Positions 51,901-61,426 of a DNA stretch of 64,000 nucleotides are shown here, one piece after another. Position 1 is the first letter of the stretch. Each line of letters starts with the position of its first letter. A model generated the notes under the pieces. It saw only the letters and a list, made by a program, of their open reading frames with translations, ran no database searches and was not told the DNA's origin. The DNA comes from Octopus sinensis (lineage: Eukaryota), in contig NW_021832528.1 of the NCBI RefSeq assembly GCF_006345805.1, positions 186,001-250,000 of the forward strand, given 5' to 3'. Position numbers and translations under genes: made by a program.

Positions 51901-52172
51901 AAATTATTGGATACCATTTCATGTTCCTCACAAAATAGTGGAATTGGTCACAAAAAACAAAGGATTAGCCATTAAACTAATACAGGAAGACACAAATGCA
52001 ATCATTGTCACATCCAACGGTAATACGAACGAACAGATTTATTGACTTAGCAACCGAAAGAGAAGAGTTATATGAAAAGGTTTTATTAAAATCGAGACAC
52101 CAAAAGCCTCCTCCTTGCTTTCCTTTTCACTTCTCATGCCCTTTGCAATGAGCAGAGGACTTGCCGAATGTT

Positions 52173-53173
52173 TTGAGTTTGTTCGTCTAGCTCAGGGGTC
52201 GGCAAATACTTTTGGAGAAGAGCCAATTTTGAACATTTTTGGAAATTTCGAAAAATTGAAGAGCCACTTTTTACCACTTGTCAAAAATTTAAATTCATAA
52301 AATTAAATAAACATTAATTTAAAAAATAATTAAGAATTCATTTTAAAAAATTAAATTAATTAGACGCATTATGAGAAATGTGATTCCTCATTTCTTTGGA
52401 GACTTCTTATGCAATTTTTTTAATTCATAATAAGAATCTGGAAGAGAATTCCAAGTTTCGAGAATCACATCTTCAAGTTTCTTTTGTATAACATTAATAT
52501 CATTTTTAATTTTACCAGACAATGTTTCTGTTTCAAGGTTTCAAGTAATTCTGAAAGACGAATAAATTTTGATGCCCATAATTCCTTACATGTCAAGTCC
52601 AATAGCTGCATTTTGAACTCAGCTGCGTTGATTTCAAATGGCAATAAATTTAAATTGCTGACTTTAGCACGTAGAGGGTTTATAACGAACCATAGTGTTG
52701 CTTTTTTTTTCCTAAAATCCTTAAACCTTTTTATATTTAAACATTCATTTTTAACTGTCATTGAAAGATTCCTTCATATACAAAAGAGCATTTTTAAAAT
52801 AAGTTTTATTTATAGTTCGATCATTTTCTTTCAAATATTGGCGTAATTTAGGAAGGTGTAAAATATTTTGTTCTATATCCTCTTTAAACAGAATTAATTT
52901 TTTTCAAATAATATCACTTCCTCATACATGAAAAATGCAATATTTCCACTCCTTTGCAATTTTGAATAAAGTTTGTTTAATTCTGATGTTATGTCAACCA
53001 TAAAATAGAATTTCTGCAGCCATTGGTCATCACTTAATTCGTCATAATGAATTTTTTTTCTCATAGTTAAAAATTGAAATCATTTATTAAAAAAATAGTT
53101 AAAAATTGAAAGAGCCTACCGTAAGAGTTAAAGAGCCTTCAAAGGCTCGCGAGCCTGCTTTTGCCGACCCCTG
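52173..53173 (-). mobile_element. Non-autonomous Buster-type hAT inserted into a LINE
   Basis: TIRs CAGGGGTCGGCAAA and a perfect 8-bp TSD GTCTAGCT; Buster peptide remnants. Confidence 0.88.
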
Positions 53174-53600
53174 GTCTAGCTCTCTGGGGAGATCCTGATC
53201 AAGCCGTAGCTTATACGCCAGTTTAATCGTAAAGCGCCTTGTTTTCTCCAGTTTGGTGATTATGCGATTTCTCTCGTCTGTAGGGTACCAACCTTCATGT
53301 CCATAGATAAGGACTGGTTCTACAGTCGCCTTATAGATGAAGAGAAAGGTGTCTGGGGAGAGATGGAAGCGTATAAGGCTTCTCAGGATCCCGGAACATT
53401 TCCTTCTTCTAGATTCCACGAACTTAAGGAACGATCCGTCAGCCCCGATCGTTACCCCAAGGTAGCGTAGGTCGTCAGAGATTCTTAGTCCCATTGTCTC
53501 CAGAAGTGGTTCTCTTCCTTTCCGAGTTTTAGAAATCCACGTGATGGTGGACTTGTCTCGTGCTATAGAGAGGGCTTTCTCCATTGCCCAAATTAAAAGA
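53174..53600 (-). mobile_element. 5'-truncated LINE, RT C-terminal part (continues left of the hAT to ~51950)
   Basis: DDLRYLGVTIG and FIYKATVEPVLIYG..GW..LEKTRR motifs. Confidence 0.8.
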
Positions 53601-54498
53601 TTCAGTAGGAGAAGGAGAGTACCAACAAATACAAAAGGTACAATGCTTAAAAGAGGGGGAGGAGAACAAACCACGAACTATACCTCTTGGTGAATTTCTT
53701 AAACCGAATCCAGAGGATTGGGATAATCCAGATTATCAGAAAATTTACATGAGTGGAGGACCCATTTTGCTAAATATGAGTGTCAAAATGGAAGTGGGTA
53801 CATTTGCACGAGAATATAGACCCTTTATGGTCGAATTAAGATATAAGTACACCAGAAATGAACGCGCAATAATCAACACCTTAAATCGAATGGTTGATTT
53901 CAACCAAGATTTAGTGACATCAAGCCTGGCTATATTCCTTATGAACTATACCTTTGACACAAAGGCAAAGTTCGGTGATGTGGAAATTACTTAAGAGTAT
54001 CAGGATATAAAAGGTTTTTCCCTTATTGGAAATGGTTTTAAAATAAGGACAGCATCGATGGCTATGAATTACGGAGAATCAGGCGTTGAAGGCGGGAGAG
54101 CATCCGTGGAAGAATGGAGAGCTGCTTTAATGAAAGCGCTAGCTCCCGTCAGATTCGCACATGCGGCAGAAAGAAACCCTGACGCTGTGGACCCACTAAC
54201 AGATAGATATCATTCAGTTATGCGTAGCCTTGATCCAACGTATCAACCAGAGAGATCTCTTGTGTTAAAGATGTATCAAAAATATATCCCAGATCGAGAA
54301 CTAGACAAGCTGTGTTGCTTGCTCGATAAGATGTTATATACATGCCAAGATGACCCAATGTCAGGATTGAGATTCTGTACGATTCCAACGGTAATAAAGT
54401 ATCCGAAACGTTTATATACTTCTGTTCATTATTTCATGTATCCGACTCAATACTACCGCAAATATGATTGGGGTCCCTCATATTATCAGAATAACTAA
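53600..54498 (+). other. Endogenous viral element: rhabdovirus-like nucleoprotein (N), N-terminal ~290 aa, fused in frame to the shared 3' module
   Basis: ORFs 53584-53994 and 54058-54498 share one frame with a single TAA at 53992. PDRELDKLCCLLDKML.....PMSGLRFCTIPTVIK...LYTSVH aligns without gaps to recalled VSV N NDSNYTKIVAAVDMFF....ECASFRYGTIVSRFK...LATFGH. PEDWDNP, FGDVEI and EEW...LA.VR also fall in the expected order. Confidence 0.65.
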
Positions 54499-54617
54499 TT
54501 GCGTTTTTTATTCATTGTCCTTTGTTTCTTATTTAGTCTCATTTAGTGAAATTATTTGTTCTATTATTTAGCAGAGAACTGTGTCTTCATTTGTATTCTA
54601 AACATAAATGTTCATAT
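54439..54617 (+). repeat. Shared 3' module, copy 1 (inverted copy at 57137-57282)
   Basis: The reverse complement matches with 5 substitutions and one 33-nt indel; encodes YP(T/S)QYYRKYD(W/*)GPSYYQNN*. Confidence 0.95.
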
Positions 54618-54689
54618 GGTGCTGTTTGTTCTCAGTGATGTATTAACTTCTGAAAAAAATTATTCAAATTAAAATTTATTGAATTTTTT

Positions 54690-54900
54690 TTCTCCCGGTC
54701 AACACCTCAACAATATTGCAGTCGATGGATAAAATAATAATGCGTTCCTTTATAACTAAATTCGATAAATTCAAATTTAATGAAATTCTTCAGAAAATTG
54801 AATGCGGATATGGCATTCATGAATCATACAAAAATTTAACACTTAAAGATAGAGTTTTATTTACCTACTAAATTTGGCGAATAAACGGGGTTTGACTGTA
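54690..54900 (+). mobile_element. Tigger DDE_1 remnant with right TIR
   Basis: NTSTILQSMDKII.RSF motif; terminus ...acggggtttgactg|TA. Confidence 0.65.
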
Positions 54901-55039
54901 TTTATTTTTAAAAACGAATAATAAAATCTTTAATTTCAGTCCTCCAAACAGGAATTCATCTTATTTTAAAAGAATGAATAAAAAGCGTAGTTCGCGAAAT
55001 AGAAAATTCATTGCCTCAAATAATGAAATAAAGGCAAAA

Positions 55040-55210
55040 TGCATAATTTTCCATATAATTTTGTGAAGGGATTAGGCGGAATAAATCCTCGGTGATGGAT
55101 TCCACAGAGCCGCCAATGGTCGCTTCGTCCAGGCACCATAAATTGAATGGTGAGAGGATTGATCGTACAGCCTCGTCGATTGCTAAGGCGAATATAAATT
55201 TATTCTTAGG
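55040..55210 (-). mobile_element. CRE RT fragment
   Basis: FALAIDEAVRSILSPFNLWCLDEATIGG. Confidence 0.7.
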
Positions 55211-55499
55211 AATATATTTTTCTTTCCACCATTAGAAGCAACCTTTCTTGGATGCCCTCTAAGCCCATCTGGCGAAGAAGGACATGATATTCTATAACCT
55301 CACAAGCAGACTCTTAGAGTTAGACTCGACATCGCTTTTTTCCTCATGAAAAGCAGTATACATATGCCGAAACTTCTGTACACGCACCGCTGCCTGCTAT
55401 GCTATACTCGCATTCAGACATTCTGTCTTCCTTGGAAAAATCATTGAAATCCTGCACGGAAGCAGTTTTGAATTCAATTTTCATGCTCGAACAAATCCC

Positions 55500-56200
55500 T
55501 TTTCTCTTCCATCAAAGAAAATATAAATAAGTTCATGAAAGAATCTTTCATTCTGCCTTCTCTTACGGGCAAGTCCAATAAAACAACTTCATCCATTCCT
55601 AAAAACAACAACCCCATTCGGTTACGCAAACGTATCAACTCCTGCTTAATGGCGCACGACGTCGGTTCTGCGGTCCGCATTCTTTCATCTTCCGATTCCG
55701 TCCGCACCATTACTCCGGATGTAGTCAAAATTCTCAGCTCTAAGCACCCGACTGGCAATGTGCCTAATTTTTGTGCCCAAACTCCAGAAGGGGTCTCGAT
55801 TGCTTCTTCGTCTGTCCAGCAACTTTTGTTTGCCTTGAAATCTTTCAGAGGCAATAGTAGTGGTGGTGTTGACGGTCTCCGTCCCATTCACTTAATCGAC
55901 CTCATTTCCGATACTGCCGAGGCCGGAAACTGTCTTTCACATTCTATCACCAAGCTATGTAACTTATTCCTCTGCGGGGATATATCTGAACATGCTAGAT
56001 TGCTTTTCTTCTCTGCGAACAATTTCCAGAAGCCGTCAACTTGTCCGTCAACGAACTCTCTCTGGAGTTGCCGACTGCCGACCTCCTGGATTTCTGGACC
56101 AATTCCAACCTTCATATCCCTTCTGAGATGTCCAGACAGAAGGATTGGGACGAGATCTGGGCAGTTTAATTTTATCCAAAAAAAGTTTAATTTTGTGAAA
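55500..56200 (+). mobile_element. CRE ORF fragment upstream of RT
   Basis: DVGSAVRILSS, LSSKHP and SFRGNSSGGVDGLRPIHL motifs. Confidence 0.8.
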
Positions 56201-56750
56201 CAATTCACTGAAACCTTCTCAACTTAGGCGTCAAAAAGAGTCTGTAGACCCAGAAAATTGTGGCCTACATGAATATTTTAAACTTTAATAATTACAATGA
56301 ATGACAACAATAAAAATAAACGAAAAAATACCAAAAAAGATCAAAATACTAAAAAAAGTCAAAATAAACAAAAATATACTAAAAATAATAATTTTAATTT
56401 TAAAATCGAAATGAATGAAGATTAAATAATTGATAGAATGAGTATAAATAAACTTGCAAAATAAACTTTATTAAAGATATTTTACCAGTAATCAGTTTAA
56501 TTAATCTTCAAACAAATAAAAAAACGAAAAATTTTAAAAATAAAACATTGATAGCAAAGTAAAATTAAATAAAAATTAACAGCACAAACACACAACACAA
56601 GAAAATAATATAACGTGGACTTGATGTAATTAATTTATTGTATTTAATTCGATAAATCAAGAACATTTAAAAAATAAAATAAATAACATTTAATTTCACC
56701 GCCTATTAGATGAACCACGCAGTTGAATGGACCAAAAAACACACAACACA

Positions 56751-57115
56751 ATTATTATTATTATTATTTAAAGACCAAACACGGGCAAAGCCAGTTAATT
56801 ATAGTTATTCCCGTGATCGCCGATCCAAACGAGGGAGATCCTTCTGAAAGGTTCAATCCTTCCGATCGGTTTGAGACGACGATGTCCCAGGGTCTGAGAA
56901 GCTAAGAGTCCTTTTTCGGTAGGCATTAAGTGCCTCCTGAGCGTTGCCATATCCGAAGGAATTTCCAACTGACATGGTGGACCCCGTAACGCCACGCTAA
57001 GACCGGAAGGTAAGAGATCCCCATTTCCAACTGTGTCGTGCCAGAAGTACTCGTTGCCTCACGGGCAGGGGAACGATAACGAGAATTAGCCCCAGGATGA
57101 AAATAATATAACGTA
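56751..57115 (-). mobile_element. 5'-truncated retroposon 3' end with (TAA)n tail, directly downstream of the L EVE and module
   Basis: Same family as 21533-21775 and 5530-5600; tail taaataataataataataat on the - strand. Confidence 0.7.
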
Positions 57116-57136
57116 GAAGACACAGTTCTCTGCTAT

Positions 57137-57282
57137 ATATGAACATTTATGTTTAGGATACAAATGAAGACACAGTTCTCTGCTAAATATAAGAAACAAG
57201 GGACAATGAATAAAAAATGCAATTAGTTATTCTGATAATATGAGGGACCTCAATCATATTTGCGGTAGTATTGACTCGGATA
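57137..57282 (-). repeat. Shared 3' module, copy 2
   Basis: See copy 1. It is followed by a 20-bp re-copy of gaagacacagttctctgcta (57116-57135 vs 57166-57185). Confidence 0.95.
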
Positions 57283-58620
57283 TTCCATTTGCAGCAAAGT
57301 GTTGAAAATTGTAGGGCATCCATACTTTCTGATGACCAAGGCCGTCATTCCACCACTTCCATCACCAACGACGATAGATCCGTGGACTTTGTGTTTTATT
57401 ATCTTAAACAGACATTTATTTTATAATAAGCCCCTGTAGACCATTTAGCCAACCTCAGTGAGCTGATTAATGGGCAGTCAACCGCCTCAATTGTTTTTGG
57501 TTAGCGGGCATTGAGTCCCCAAATCCCTTTATCTTCACAAATCTACAATATCCTTCATACTCGTTGTATTTATATGTGTCAGAGTGTGGATGAATATCAG
57601 TTAACTTTCCGATTGATCGCAATGCATGACATACTTCACTCTCACAAAGTGCATAATCAATCACTCTTTTTCCAAAAGTTGGAGTCTGCATTTCATAAAA
57701 TGTATCCATTTCATAAAATGTATCCATATGGTTATTAAGGTCATGTCTTCACTTTTTTTGTTAGTTCCTTTAACTCTTTAGTGAATCTTCTCTTGTACTT
57801 AATTTGTATGGATCGGAAGTTGTTAAATAACGACATGATATTTTCTGCATAGCCATGAATTGTGCTTGAGTAATACTCTGATAGGAAACGAGGGAAACAT
57901 GGTTGAATAGATCTCATATGGTCAAAAAAGTCGCTTTTGTTTTCAAAATGTACTGTGAGAATATCCTTTACAGCTTCGTTGTTAATGTGATCATATGTCT
58001 CTTTCATTCTATTGTTATTCAGCCTGTGTTTGTAGAGGAGGATAAATTGAGTCCAGAATGGTTCTCAATTAGACTCGGGAAGCTGTTTATGGTGTTTCTC
58101 CCAAGAACTGGGCTACATGCGATCCTGGCCATGAGTCTTATTCTTTCACATTTGGTGTTGTTGTGTATGAAGCTCCAGAAGGACAGACTCTGTGATTGGG
58201 TCTGGGAATTGTCTTATCAAGAATCTACATAGATTTGTGCCTCCTGCTCCGCCAAGAGATGAATCGAGGAATAATACAAGTGTCCTGATTTTATCAGCTG
58301 ACAATTTAAAAGAGTTTTTTGACTCAATTGCCTCAAATAATGGTCCATAAGATAATGGATCATAGCTCAAAAATTCATCAATGATTGGAACGCCAGACAA
58401 AACATATGAAAATATATTTGGAAGCATAGCGTCGGAGCACTGGCACAGGGTCAATGAACTGGTCCCCACTAATGACAATGCATTCTTTATCGAAGGCAAT
58501 AGTGAATTGTCTATAGAGGTCTCCCTGGTTTTCTTCTTTATATCACATGGGATCATCAACCCATTCATCATAGGGACTTTCCCATATACAGTGCCTGACA
58601 AAAAATGGATTTGTAATAAA
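57283..58620 (-). other. Endogenous viral element: rhabdovirus L (RdRp/capping/methyltransferase) fragment, pseudogenised and internally deleted
   Basis: YGKVPMMNG, LFLDSSLGGAGGTNLCRFLIRQFPDPITES.SFW, SIQPCFPRFLSEY.......SLFNN.RSI, FGKRVI, CPLISSLRLAKWSTGAYYKI and IVVGDGSGGMTA...IFNTLL. These match recalled VSV L YGKIP, LYLDPSIGGVSG.SL.RFLIRAFPDPVTESLSFW, INPLFPRFLSEF, NPLLSGIRL..L.TGAHYKI and GDGSGGMTA...IFNSLL. Confidence 0.93.
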
Positions 58621-60272
58621 TCGACTTTTTTTTAATAAATTATAATTTAATTTTCTTACATCATTCTTGGCAAAATTAGAATTATTTTTTTAATTTTTAA
58701 AATTATTTTTGGCTTTTAGAATTTAATTTTAAAGCAGAATTTAAAATTTGCCGGACAAAAAAATTGGATTTTTTTATTTTAATGAAACAAATTAAAATTT
58801 AATAAGTCAAAATCGCTCCACGTGCTTCATAAACTTCCAAACTTCTTTTTTTCATTGACATAACTAAATTTTCTAGGTATTTTTTCGGTATTGACTCCCA
58901 TATCACAACTAATTTTGTCTCTAAATCCTTCAAGTTTTTCGGCGGTTTTTGCAATAAAATATAAATGAATTGGTGACAGATTAATCCAATAACTCAAATA
59001 ATAATATTTTTTATATTTCTATTTAACCCAAGAATCACCAACAGTTAACTAGGGTAATTAATTAGGTGATTCCAACAATCCTCAAAATCTTTCTCAGCTT
59101 TTCCCGATGTTGGACTCTGGACCCAACGCAGGTGCGGGACGGGCGGGGAGCAGTTTTTGTGAGGAATTGAATCGGGGTGATGTGCTCTGGTTGTTAAGGT
59201 CTTTTGGCAGGTATAAATGCGTGAGTTTGATTTTTTTGGTTTATTCTTTATATAATATAAGTTTATCTTTAGATGATTCTTGTGGCTGATTCCGGCGTAG
59301 AATTTCATGAGTTTACTCAATTCAGGTTGACTTTTCTGTTCGGAGTCTGTGCAATAGTTGGCGGGTCTGAACTTTTTGAGACTGTTTCACATGCGTTGGG
59401 TAAATTTTTCCTTTCCAAGCGTTTTGATTTGTTTTTCCCATCTTCTTCTTTGGGATGCCCTCAGTTTTTTAATGATTGTATCATTTAGTTTCTTTATTTC
59501 TTTTCTTCCTCCGGGAATAGAAATTAGATTCTTTTTAAGAAAGTTTCTTTTCCTGATAAGGATTTTTGTCTCCTGGTCGAGATTTTATTCGAAGTGATGG
59601 TAAGTGCATTTTGGGATGAATAGTTTTCTACCCAGCATTTTTTATTTTAGAACGTGTGCTTTTTGAGTATTCTTGTCTTCAAACGTTTGTGCTTTTTGAG
59701 TTTATATTTTACGTCGAAATTAAGGACATAAGTTTCTCCCTCTACGTTTTTGAAACCGACAATTTTCTTACTTTCAGGAATTAAAGAAACTCTTCCATAA
59801 TTAGGCTGTTTTCTTCTCTAAAAAGCCCATAATCAGTCGAAGTATTGGCAAAATCGGGTTCTTCAAAAACTTTTCGAGACTCCCCTTCATTGTCTAAGAA
59901 GCAAAACACTCAAAAACCGTGGGTTGCCAAGCCTGTTTTTAAACCCAAACAAACTCCTCTACGGACGCGTTTTTTTGTCTTCAACACTCTATTTCCCACC
60001 AATTTTGAATCATCTTTCAACTGTGGGCTGAGAAAAACTACCTTTTTATAAAAATTAAATTTTGGATTAGAAACGAACGTAGTAGGTGACCGATGATGAT
60101 GACACGGCCAGATACCAATTTGATAGTCAACCCTATAATAAGTCAATATGTGCAGTGAGTTATGAAAAACAAGCAGAAAAGAATATTGTCAGGCTTTCCA
60201 ATTTTGGTTGTGTAGCCGGTGTATTGTCCTTTTTTGATTGCACTTCTTTGTATTTATTTCAGCTATCTAGAG

Positions 60273-60925
60273 CAGGAATGTCAAACTCATTTCGTTTCGA
60301 GGGCCGCATTTATAATAATTTCTCATTTAAGAGAAACTAATTAAATCCGATCTCAAAAATAAAATCTTTTAACAACTTTGTGAAGTGATAACCAGCGGAC
60401 TGGAATATAAAAAGGAATGTTGCTGAACTAATAATTAATATCTGTAAGCACTTTACTAAACTGCCGGTGGTTGAGAGGATGCCCTCTGATCATATTCAAA
60501 GAGAATTTGTAGTAGTTTTATAAAAATATCTTTACTTGTATCAGTTCGAGAAATTCTTCATAAATATTAAAATCTGAATTACAGGCTCTAAAAAATATTG
60601 ATAATTGTGCAATTTGCGCATTGGGCTTCTTGGTTAATACCTTCGAAATAATTGTATGATTAGATTGATAGTGCCTCTTTAGGTTGTATTCTTTCTTGAA
60701 ACACTCTCCGTTCATCTTTCAAGCACAGTTTTTTTTTATTCCAAAAGAAGCACGTGATATTGACAAACACGATTAAAAATACAATTAAAAATTGTAATTA
60801 AATGTAAAAAAATAAAAAATAATTTTTTATATTTTATAGCCATAAATCAGACCGCACTTATGTTTGCCATAGTACGCTGAGGGCCGCACCTATGTCTTCC
60901 GACGGCCGCATGTTTGACACCCCTG
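60273..60925 (-). mobile_element. Non-autonomous Buster-type hAT
   Basis: TIRs CAGGAATGTCAAAC / GTTTGACACCCCTG and TSD ATCTAGAG/ATCTAGTT; peptide KEYNLKRHY. Confidence 0.8.
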
Positions 60926-61426
60926 ATCTAGTTTAATTAAATAATGTTTTTTTTTCATTAATAAATTATCTTAATTTTTAGTTTCCCAATTATTAATAGA
61001 AAACCTAATAAATTATGGCACGTGTGAGCACACTGTTGACATACCTTGTTGTCTTGTTACATTATTTGATCGATATTTATTTATTTATTTAATTGGATTA
61101 GAAGGAATATTTTGCGATGTAGTTTTTTTAATGGATAAATATCTGAAATTTCATCATTTTGTAATATTTGCGAGTTTATTCTTTCAATCTGTTTATTCCA
61201 CTTATTTTGAAATCTGCTTTATCTTTTTATTGAATTATACGTTGTTTTTTGATAGAAAGTTTTATTTTGTATATCTTTATAGCAGATTTTTATTTATTTG
61301 TTCCTGGATTTTTTTAAAACGTGAGTTGTTTTTTAAATTTTGAAAATATTCTTTTATTTTAAAATGAATGATAATTTGTGACATGGGTTCTGTTAATATT
61401 GCTTCTTTAGCATATTTTATCTATTA

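Noticed and set aside
53584-53994. First half of the viral ORF as a separate matrix (M) protein
   Set aside because: It is in frame with the downstream ORF, and the combined sequence aligns better to nucleoprotein in collinear order.
10359-57252. TGA at expected Trp positions (cathepsin SWGRA*, RTE EL**W, module YD*G), suggesting UGA=Trp recoding
   Set aside because: Intact genes use TGG for Trp and PPAN ends in TGA. The paired module copies show a plain TGG to TGA change, consistent with G>A decay in pseudogenes.
57116-58620. Rescue of the L-EVE frameshifts by micro-introns
   Set aside because: At the frameshift examined (ES/SFW) the only GT..AG is 16 nt, below the observed intron range, so L is treated as a pseudogene.
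59000-60200. Probable spliced host gene on the minus strand
   Set aside because: I could not assemble a consistent exon chain or recognise a family.
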